This document shows positions 49,053-59,637 of a stretch of DNA of 64,000 nucleotides, piece by piece. This DNA comes from Psammoneis japonica (lineage: Eukaryota). Below the pieces are notes generated by a model. The model was not told the origin of the DNA. It saw nothing but the letters and a program-made list of their open reading frames with translations, and did no database searches. Position 1 is the first letter of the stretch; each line of letters starts with the position of its first letter. A program made the position numbers and the translations under genes. The stretch lies in contig QPGO01000089.1 in assembly GCA_008632985.1 (NCBI GenBank), positions 62,001-126,000 on the forward strand, in the 5' to 3' direction.

Positions 49053-52000
49053 ATGGTTCTCACTCGTCAGCAACAAACCGATGGTTTCGAGCACGTGGTT
49101 GGAACCGTGCTTGCCCAAGGTGCTGGGAGTCCTCTTCGTTTGGCTTTGGCCCAAGACGGCACGGACTCGCATCAGGAACTATTCACGTTCACACCGTCCC
49201 AAATCGACTCGCTTGAGTGCGACAACGGCACTAATGTAATCCCTTTGCCCCGTGGTTATAAGAACATGTTAGCAGCACTGGTCAGTCTGCACATTGTCAA
49301 AGCACACAAAGGTCTTGACGTTGCCAACGACTCCTCTTTGTTCACGCATGACGAGTTCCTTGCCTGCCGCCTCAGCCCCGACTGCATGTCTTCTGTGTCC
49401 ATCGGCAGCTCACCCCTTGCACCTCCACATGTCACCAACCCGACCAAGGCACGCGACCCGGTGCGGGACTTCAAGCGAGGCATCAAGCGTGATCCCACTG
49501 CTTTCACGGCTCTCAAATCCAACAAGCAGTGGCACACTTGGCACACCTCACTTGTGGCACAAGCCCGTGCCCAAGACGTCGAGTGCATTCTAGACTCGTC
49601 GTACAAACCGACCAGCCCCGAAGACAAACTGCTCTTTGCTGAACAGCAAAAGTGCATGTTCGCCGTCTTCGAACGCATCCTTCTCACCGACAAGGGCAAG
49701 GCTCTCATTCGCGAAAATGTGGGGTCTTCTGATGCACAGACCGTCTGCCGCTCCTTGTCTGAGTGCGCGCTTGCCTCCACCCGCGCATCTGTCGAGTCCT
49801 CCACCCTGCTCACGCACCTCACCACCGCGCGTCTTGGTGATGGCACTTGGAAAGGTCCGACCCACGGGTTCATCCTTCATTGGCAAGATCAGTTGCGCAA
49901 GCACGAGGCACTCATCCCGGCCAGTGACCACTTCTCTGAAGGACAGAAGCGCGTCATGCTCGAGAATGCCGTGCACCCTGTCGAGGAACTCCGTGCTGTC
50001 AAGAACCAAGCTGATCAGCATCGTACGCAGAGTGGCGAGAGCCTCACATGCGATCAATGCTGTGGCTTGCTCCTCTCCGTGGCAGCTCAGCACGACAGCA
50101 TGTTTCAACCCAAGACGACACCTCGAGCTCCCCGACGCGCCACACACGCACACAACGTCCACTCCGAGGAACCGTCCGACGATGTGTTCTACGACATTGA
50201 CAGCGACGTTGACGTCCTTCAAGCCAATGCTGCCCACACCCGCGGTCCCAGCCTCACCGGTGTCCAATGGAGACGTCTCCCTCCTGACCACCAACGGCTC
50301 TGGGATTCGTTGCCCGATTCCTCCAAGGCGATCATCCTTGAGCATTCTCGTCCACCTCCCCGCAACCCGCGAGCCAGTGACTGCCATGAGTCTGTTACGG
50401 CCAACCTTCACGACCAACGCCTTGGGAGTGACGGTGATGTCAACTTGTCCAACACGACTCCTGCTGACTCTGGTGACTCCGCTCCACATGTGGACGCCAC
50501 TTCGGACAATCCCATCCTGGCGCACCTCACCAAGCGCAAGCCACTGCCACCCGGTGATCTGCAACGTCTGTTGTCTCCTAACCAAGCCCCCAATGCCAGT
50601 CGACCGGGGCCATCCGCCGCTTCCTCTACCCCGCCAGCTTCTGCAGATGACATGGAACTTAACGGCCGCACTCACCGCCGCGTTGACAACCACAATGTCA
50701 TTTGCTCTGCCTCTGCTCATCGCTCCACATGCACTGGCGCTCCAGTCGATCGTGGGGCCAACGGCGGCATTGCTGGCGACGACGTTCGCGTCATTGCACG
50801 CACCTCTCGCCAAGTCGACGTTCAGGGCATTGACGATCATCAATTGGTGGACATCCCCATTGTCACCGCTGGTGCCGTCATTGAGACCCAGCGTGGTCCC
50901 GTCATCGCCATCCTCCATCAGTGCGCATGCACGGGAAAGGGCAAGACCATCCATTCCTGCAGCCAGCTCGAATGGCACAAACAGGATGTCAACGATCGCT
51001 CTGTCAAGGTGCCCAACGGCTTGCAACGCATTGCCACTCCTGATGGCTATGTCATCCCCATTGACATCAAGGCTGGCCTGCCTCATGTTGCCATGCGACC
51101 TTGCACTGACGCCGAATGGGACACCCTGCCCCATGTCATCCTCACCGGTGATGACACATGGGACCCTTCCGTCCTCGATCACTCTGTCACTGACGACGAC
51201 CAGTGGCACGACGCAATCTCTGACCCACAGGACGATCCCACTGCCAACCTGTTTGACGAATGCGGCAACTACCGTCATCGTGTCGTTGTCAACGAGACCA
51301 TCATGTCCGCTTCCTTGTCTGCCGATCACGCGTCCGCCCTCGATGATCACCTCATTCCGAACGACGACGTGTTCTACGAGTGTCATCTGCATGCGATTGG
51401 CCCCCAGGGCGATGACGTTCCACCTCCGGAGCGCACTGTACAGCCCAAGGACCCCCCCTTCGAGTCTCTTCGGCCTTGCTTTGGCTTCCTACCCACCGAT
51501 GCGGTCCATCGTACTTTTGACTGCACCACGCAGTGCGCCCGCATGCCCGCCGGTACACACCTTCGCAAGGCCTGCAAATCACCCAACCCCGCCCTTAATG
51601 TGCACCGCCGCAACGAGCCTGTCGCCACTGACACCGTTCATGCCGACACCCCGGCCGTCGACTCTGGTTGCACCAGCGCCCAACTGTTTGTTGGCACCGA
51701 GTCTACCGTCACTGACGTCTACGGCACTAAGACGGACAAAGAGTTTGTCAACACACTCGAGGATCAGATCCGTGAACGTGGTGCCCCATCCAAACTCATT
51801 AGCGACCGTGCTCAAGTTGAGATCAGCAACAAAGTGCTCGGGATCCTGCGCGCCCTCTTCATCTCTAGCTGGCAAAGTGAGCCTCACCAGCAACACCAAA
51901 ACTTTGCCGAGTGTCGACACCAGACCGTGAAGCGCATGGCGAACACTGTCATGGATCGTTTTGGTTCGCCCGCCCATGCATGGCTGCTGGCGCTCATGTG

Positions 52001-54723
52001 CGTGTGCTTCACACTCAACCATGCAGCGTCCCCACGTCTCCACTGGTGCATGCCCCTCGAGACTCTCACTGGCTCCACCCCGGACATCAGCCCATTGCTT
52101 CGCTTTCACTGGTGGGAACCCGTGCACTTCCACCTCGATGACTCCGATTGGCCGTCTGAATCCCGTGAGTTGCGTGGACGCTTCGTTGGCATTGCTGAGC
52201 ACGTCGGCCACCAGATGACCTTCAAGATTCTATCTGACGAGACTCAGAAGATCCTCTGCCGGTCCAACGTCCGCTCCGCCACCCCCGATCCTGCCGTTCG
52301 AAACCTGCGTCTTGATCCTCCTGATGGGGAGCCACCTGAACCCATCATCAAATCTCGCCATGACGACAACCCCGTCGACTCTCCTGATGGGGAGATCAGG
52401 ACACCCAAGATGCCAGTTTTTGATCCGCAAGACATCATTGGACGTACCTTCCTCATGCAGCCACAAGAGGATGGACAACGCCACAGAGCTCGCATCGTCA
52501 AGGCCGTCGAAGACCACGAATGGAAAGTGAACGGCAATCCCGAGCTCACTGAGTTCGTCTGCTCTGTCAACAATGACGAATACGAGGAAGTCCTTGCCTG
52601 CAATGACATCATGAATCACATTGAGCAAGAAGACGAAGACACCACTGTTTGGAAATTTTGACGCATCGTGTCACACGAAGGACCTCTGAAGCCTCACGAC
52701 CCAACCTGGAAAGGCTCCAGCTACAACATCATGCTTGAATGGGAAAGTGGGGAGATCACGTCCGAGCCTCTTGCCATCATCGCCAAGGACGACCCCGTCA
52801 CCTGTGCCATCTATGCACGAGAGAACGGACTCCTCGACACGGATGGCTGGAAGCGGTTCCGCACCATCGCGAGGCGCCAAAAGAAGCTGTTTCGCATGGC
52901 CAACCAAGCCAAGCTTCGCTCCTTCCGCACTGCACCTCGCCACAAGCATGGATGCGAAGTTCCCCGGAACTACAAACACGCCATGTCACTAGACAAACGC
53001 AACGGCAACCGCAAGTGGGGAGACGCAACTAATCTCGAGATGGACCAACTCGACGAATACAAAGTCTTCCATGACTGCGGGCCCTTCAAGTCTTCCACTC
53101 CTCCTGCGGGACACAAGAAGATCCGAGTGCACCTGGTGCACGACGTGAAACACGACGGTCGCCACAAGGCATGACTCGTAGCCGACGGGCACCTCACGGA
53201 CGTACCCATCGACAGTGTCCACTCCGGAGCAGTCTCCCTCCGTGGCCTTCGGCTGATGATTTTCCTGGCCGAACTCAACGAGTTGGAGACATGGGCCACC
53301 GACATTGGCAATGCCCACCTTGAAGCCACCACCAAGGAGAAGCTGCACATTGCAGCTGGACCCAAAATTTTGCAAACTCGAAGGACACATCCTTGTCATC
53401 CACAAGGCACTGCATGGACTGCGCAGCTCCGGTCTCCGCTGGCACGAGCGCTTCGCCGACTGCCTGCGAGCTGAAGGCTTCTTCCCCTGCCACGCCGAAC
53501 CCGACATTTGGATGCGCAGGAACGGCGACCACTGTGAATGCATTGCCGTTTATGTGGATGACCTCGCCATTGCCATGAAGGACCCTCAATCTTTTGTCGA
53601 CACTCTCACGGAAAAGCACAAGTTCAAGCTCAAGGGTGCGGGACCCATTGAGTTCCATCTGGGTTGCGACTTTTCCCGGGAACCCGACGGAACCTTGTGC
53701 TTGTCTCCGCGCAAGTACATCAAGCGCATGGTCGACAGCTGTGCCCGACTGTTTGGGGAGAAACCTGCCACCAACGCCCTGTCACCTCTAGAGAAGGGTG
53801 ACCACCCCGAACTGGACACTTCCGAACTGCTGGGACCCGATGGCATTCACAAGTTCCAGTCTCTTGTTGGTTCACTCCAATGGGCAGTGTCCCTTGGTCG
53901 AATTGACATTGCCACGGCCGTCATGTCACTCTCTAGCTTCCGAGCTGCGCCCCGTCAAGGCCACTTGGATCGTGCCAAACGCGTCTGTGGGCACCTCTCC
54001 AAGATGCAACACGGTGCTCTCCGCGTTCGCACGGAAGAGCCCGACTGTTCGGATCTCCCTGCTCCGGCCTGTGAATGGATGCATTCCGTGCATGGTGAGG
54101 CAGAAGAGATGATCCCGAAGGATGCTCCACCGCCCCTTGGCAAGTTCGTCACTGCCACCCACTACGTCGATGCAAACTTGCACCATTGCATGCTCACCGG
54201 ACGCTCTGTCATGGGAATGCTCCACTTCCTCAACAAATTCCTGGCTGATTGGTTCTCTAAGAAACAAGCCACCGTAGAGACTGCGACCTGCGGGTCTGAA
54301 TTTGTTGCCGCAAGGACTTGTGTTGAGCAGATTGTCGACCTGCGCATCACCCTGCACTGCCTTGGCGTCCCGATCCGTAACGTCAGTCACATGTTCAGTG
54401 ACAACAAGTCGGTTGTAGACAGTGCCACCATCCCGCACTCCAAGTTACACAAGCGACACACCGCACTGTCGTTCCACCGTGTGCGTGAGGCAATTGCCTC
54501 TGGTTGCCTTGAGTTCCACTTCATCGAAGGCTCCCGCAACCCTGCTGACATTCTCAGCAAGCATTGGGGTTGCTCCCAAATCTGGGACCTTCTCCGCCCC
54601 CTCATGTTCTGGAACTTCATTCCATCCGAAGTCGAATCTGTTTCTGTGGCTCCTCAAGCAAACTGGGGAGTGACAGGATTTGAACAGGATTTAGGTGCGC
54701 GCAAAGTATCGCGCGCTGTTTAG
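49053..54723 (+). pseudogene. Copia gag-pol polyprotein pseudogene
   Basis: Protease-like VDRGANGG; integrase 'ATDTVHADTPAVD...LISDRAQ...SEPHQQHQNFAE'; RT 'DIGNAHLEA...KALHGLRSSG...YVDDL'; RH 'YVDANL...SDNKSVV...NPADILSK'. TGA stops at 52659 and 53172, both at expected Arg (CGA) positions; +1 frameshift at ~53365. Confidence 0.92.
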
Positions 54724-54946
54724 TTTGCCGTGCACAGTTTTGTGTGCTTTAGTTCCACGCGTTCACGCGCGATGTAGTTTGCTTTCGAGCCACAAGGCTC
54801 ACAAGAATGATGACAGTAGCCCGATTGCACCAACTCACACGTCTTTTGGCTCCTGTGACGGTCTCTGAGCGGAGACTCATCTGCTGTTTAGACAGCAGCA
54901 AGGAGTCATTGTTTGAATTCTTGCCAATTGCCTTCAATTTCTGTCA
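54671..54946 (+). repeat. 3' LTR
   Basis: Preceded by the PPT and followed by the TSD TGACA. Confidence 0.95.
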
Positions 54947-54951
54947 TGACA

Positions 54952-57700
54952 GGAAGATTTGCACAGGAGAACTGCAGCCAACTGTTGAAAGCAAACAGGA
55001 AAAGGGCTTGATGGCTTGGGTGATGAGGGAGACCACATGATGAGCTGTGCCAAGACATGTGAGCTGGAGTCAGTTGTGGCAGTTTTGCAGACAAAAACCC
55101 ACAAGCAGAATTTTTTCATTGTTCAACATGAGATTCCAAGGCAACACTCCACTCCAGAAACCGCATTTTAGACAGCAACCATCAAGTTGAACATTTTGGG
55201 GATGCAAACTTGGTGAGTTTTGCTGCACACTGACTGGGTTGATAAGATCTTTGCTTGCAACCTTGGACATCTGTTGGAAAAATGGGCACTCATGTGTTTT
55301 CAAATCTTGCACCAACTCATGATGAAAGGGGTGGTTTGTGACAAATCTGACTGATTTGTCACAAATGAAATCATGCGCTTGCACTCACACATCTTTTCTT
55401 GGACTTCAGTCCACTCATCAGTCAGGGGGGGGACTCCCAAATTTGCCCCCCTCCCCCCCGATGCCATGCCGTGGCTTCAGCCAATGCTCAGCAGACAACA
55501 CAAACACTCAAAAAGTGTGCTGGTCAGCAACACAACAACTGCTCTTTGGGCACGCACAAGCATTTTGCAAGTGCATGAAGCAAAGTTCTTGCTGGACATT
55601 GTGGCATGTCTCCATTGGAAACATGGGCAGCTTTGACAGACAGCTGCTGTTTCACCTTGAGCTTGCTTGTTCCAAAGACATGTGCAGTCAAGTGCACGCA
55701 GAGAAAAGCACCAACAAGCCTTCAAATTTGCACAGCAATCATGTGTGGATGATGTTCAATGACTGAACTCCAGCAGATTTGGCTTGCAATGAGAGTGAGA
55801 CAATCAACTTGCGTGCTTTTGGCAAAGAGCTGAAGTGGCCACATCAACAAAAGATGATGATGTGTTTTTCAAAACATCAAACAGAGATTTTTGTGAGCTC
55901 CGCGCGGCAACAACAAGAAGTGATTCAGAAACCCACATTGTTCCTGTGGTGTTTGCCAATCCAAATTTTTTGAGAGTGGTGGGGGAAACCAGTGATGTTT
56001 CACTCTCACATTTGTGCGGCTTTTGCAAACCCCAATGCGGCGCATCAGTCCATTTGACACAGCGCAAGCTCCAAACTCCAAGATTTCTTTTCCTCTGCTT
56101 CATGCACCTCACTGCATTGTTGCATCATGTGTCACCCCTCACACACCCACGATGGCAGAAAAAACCACAAACCCTGCCAACGCTGCAGTTGCATCACACC
56201 ATGTCAGTTTGGGATGATCAAGCTCAATCAATTCCATGGTTGCATGTTTGTGAAATTAACAGAGATGGTGCTGACCACCAAAAGCAAATGCTGAGTCAGA
56301 ATTTGACCACAGCAGCACACAAGATGCAGAAAAAGAGCCCAAGAGGCAGGAATTGGAGGCAGTGCAAAAGACAAGCAACAAAACATTAACACAGCAGTGG
56401 CTGTTCAAGACTTCTGAATTGTTCAAAATGGCAGCCTTGGTGCATGCATTGGCGCCATTGTGGGGTCAGTGTTTGAATTCATGGATGGCGTGAAAACAGC
56501 AGGAAAATCAGAGGTGTTGAAAAAGATGTCCAGCTTGGCAAAAAAGCAAGCATGTTTTGCAGGGCACAATGCAATCGGCAAGCTTTTTTGTGGTGGCTTT
56601 TTTGGTGGACATCATGTTGCAAGTTCTGCACAAAGCTGCCCAATGCATGTGATGCACAGCTTGTCATGGAAATGGCAAGTTTGTTTTGGGCAAGAAAAAT
56701 CAGAGTGCATGTGAGCCATCCTCTTTTGCATTGCAAACACATTGGCGCACCTTTCCTCTTGTTCAAAATGCAGTCTGTCTCATTCAATGCCTTTTTTGGA
56801 ATTGCACAAATGTGGATTGTGTGCTGCAATGGATCCTGGCACTCCAGATGAGATTTGTCAAGCCTGGCTGACATCCATGGGGATGACAATGTCTTGGCTG
56901 GCACTTTGTCCATTCTTGCCCTGTGCTGGTGTGCACATTGCTGAGTTTTGTCCTTCACTGAAGACATTGTTTGGAGATGTGCAACCCAAAAGTGTCTTTC
57001 TTTGGTTGCCAACTGTCACGAAATTTAATTCTAGCCTCGCTCTTCACTCTGTTGCCATTCATTTCCAATCACAGTCAGCATCTTCATGCAAGAAATGGAC
57101 AAGCAGTGGTGCAGTGGTTGGCAAGCTGCAGAGAGATTTGATCCACAAACTGCTTTGTGTTTGATTCCAGCACCACTTTGCCCCATGATGCACAAGAGAG
57201 TGAGGGACTGGTTTGTTCCATGAAATTGTTGCAGCAGTTGGCAGGGAAGTCATCAGTGAATCCACAATGTTCACATCAAACAGTTGCTGTCATGCAAGCA
57301 ACATCAGCACCTCCCGCTCCATCACTGGGCAGGTGAAATTCAATGAGTTGGTTGTGTGGAAACAGAATTGCAAGTCATTTGAGCCACTCACAAATGCCAA
57401 TGATTTTCACAGCCAGGAAGAAAATGAGTTGGCAATGATGCATGCAAGCATGTGGCTGGCAGAATCATGAAACTCTCACAAGCCTTGAAAGAGCCCTTCA
57501 TGCAGCAGAAGCAGCCCAAGGAGTTGCAACAAGAATTTGAAGCCATGCTCCACTGTTTTGAGAAACTCCATGTCAAGCAACATCAACAAAATGGCACTGA
57601 GTCACAACAAGAGTTTGATGCAATTGAGTCTGCCGAGGAAGTTTATGACACATGTCCCATGAGGAATTTGATGCCCCACAAAAAACTGTTTAATTCTTCA
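54952..57700. mobile_element. Unclassified degenerate repeat relic, continuing the 46300-47835 sequence that the copia inserted into
   Basis: TpA- and CpG-depleted with no credible ORF. The TSD shows the two flanks were contiguous before the insertion. Confidence 0.45.
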
Positions 57701-57739
57701 CAATTGTTCATGCTCTAGACGCCTGTAAAAGCCAATCCG

Positions 57740-58884
57740 TTTGAGCATTTTTTATGAAAACACTTCACGTGCTAATGTGTGCACACCTTACATTCAAAAT
57801 CGATTGTCGTTTTGTGTGTCACCTGGGGCTGGAACACGTCGTGGAAAAAGAGAACACTGGGATTTGTTGGCCGCCATGGTCACCTTGATTCTTCTTGATC
57901 ATGAAGCCCAATCTGCAGTGCTTGGTGCATGTCTTTCCTTTGGCTTGATCCGCAAGCCTGTCATGAGAGTCGTTGGCTCAATGTGTGGTTTGGACTTTCA
58001 AATGGGAGACAGCAAGCGCAGAATGTTGAGGCTCCATTGGCTGTGTTCAGGGATTTGAACAAATGCATTGGACAAATGGCGCACAAGCACATGTCTGCAC
58101 TCTCAGCTTCTTTCTGCTGGAGTTTGCACCTGAAGGATCTGTGTCAAGTGCATCAGCACTTGTGGCGCCCAAAGCACAGATGCTTGACGTGTCCAAGAGC
58201 ATCAACCTCATCAACGGTTTGCACAGCTCAGTTCAATGTGGCCTCTCTCCTTGTTTCCATGACATGAGAGCTGGGCATCAGCTTGGTTTTGGTGCCTTTT
58301 CTGACCCTCTGGTGGGCTGTGGAGGCTGCCGAGATGGGGTGACAAGAAGTTTGGCAGAGCTTCAGAAATGTTCATGCACGAACCCTCAGGTGAAACTTCT
58401 GGAGCAATTGTTGATGAGCTCGCCACTCTTTTGACATTGGGAAGGCTCAGCACCAAGAACAAGAAGCATGCTGCAGCTGCTTTTGATGCTGCAGTGGTCA
58501 ACGTTGAAATCCAAGGATTTGTGAGACAATGTGGCCACATTGCAAACCTTGCAATTTGGTTGAACACTCCCTCAAAACTCTGGCAATGGCGTGGAACATG
58601 CCTGGGGTGGCAACTGCTTTGTGGCTGGTGGAGCCATCAAGGGTGGCAGAATCTTGGGAGAGTGTGGTCCTTCCGACATGTCTGAGAACAGCAAAGTTGA
58701 TGTTGAAAGAGGGCAGCTCATCCCGACAACTTCTTGGGATCTGATCTGGCCCGGCATTGCACAATGGACCGGCATCACCAATGCTGAAGATTTTGACCAT
58801 GTCTGCCCAAATCGTGGCAATTTTGTTTCCACATTTGCTGCATTTGATTTGTTTGAGAATGCACCTCAAGATTCAATCCCATGA
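57740..58884 (+). pseudogene. Deleted and mutated fragment of a DUF1800-DUF1501 fusion gene
   Basis: 'DLLAAMVTLILLDHEAQSAVL...KPVMRVVGSM', 'IGQMAH', 'APKAQML...INGL', 'IVDELATLLTLGRLS', then the DUF1501 C-terminus 'HAWGGNCFVAGGAIKGGRILGEC...RGQLIPTTSWD..W.GIAQW.G...PNRGNF'. Confidence 0.75.
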
Positions 58885-59637
58885 CCCATCCCCAGAGGCA
58901 ACAGAGAGATGTCTGCACCTGGAGAGCAGCAGCCTGGCAAAAGCCCCTCTCCACCACCCATGATGCACCCCAACGCAAACTTGGAATCATCTGCAGTGCC
59001 CCACATGGTTGTCGCCTTTGCTTCCAGCATGCTGGTCCTGTCAGTCCCAACTGGGATTCAGCCAGTTTGGCGCCTTTCCGCAAGTGCGCATTGGATGCCC
59101 ATTTGTGCATTGGATGCCCATTTGCAGGAGACAAGTTGGTGAGTGACATTAGAATGAGTAACAACAAGAAGAAGCTGCTGCTTCTCAATGGACAGTTCGG
59201 AGATGGAGTGCGCTCAACAGACAAAACCTCACACAATTGAGTTTGTCGAAAGACAACTGCGACGAGACGCGGTCTGCAAGAATTCGCATCAACCGGAGCA
59301 CCCTTTTATCGCACTGTGCTCCCAACAAGGCCACCACTGGCAACCAACACAATGACAAAACAGATCACAAGCTCTACTTGCACAGCACAAAACAAGAGGA
59401 GGCAGTTCCCACCTACATGATGCGAATCGAAAAAGAAGCAGCAGCAAGACCCGCCTGAGCAATGGCAAATTCTATGGCCACCATCGCAATCACTTGCGAA
59501 CGGAATAGAGTAACCCCCCAAAACCCCCGCTCTGCATTATATAATTTAGACCGCTGCTTTATTATGCATGAGTCGCAATGGTGAAGCATGCGCTCGCAGT
59601 GCCGGTACATCCATTGGTCGTCCCTCTCTGTGCCCTG

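Larger units (their letters stand above)
47836..54946 (+). mobile_element. Full-length CoDi-like Ty1/copia LTR retrotransposon, inactivated, nested in older repeat DNA
   Basis: 276-bp LTRs at 47836-48111 and 54671-54946 with TGACAG...CTGTCA termini. 5-bp TSD TGACA at 47831-47835 and 54947-54951. PPT aactggggag at 54661-54670. Domain order gag-PR-IN-RT-RH. Confidence 0.95.

Noticed and set aside
49053..54723. Alternative genetic code or TGA read-through in the copia ORF
   Set aside because: The stops fall at expected Arg (CGA) positions and there is also a frameshift. Neighbouring genes use the standard code.
1..59450. Classical RIP, or CpG deamination alone, as the cause of the composition
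   Set aside because: Both are C->T processes. RIP would increase TpA, and neither converts Tyr codons to His/Cys. CpG decay explains only the CGA->TGA stops and the CG loss.
41156..59458. Dense overlapping six-frame ORFs (e.g. 49636-51930 +, 49590-51392 -) as real or overlapping genes
   Set aside because: Loss of TA removes TAA and TAG stops in all frames and inflates spurious ORFs. Their Cys/His-rich, Tyr-poor translations have no recognisable domains. The same applies to 1-5400 and 30475-34772.
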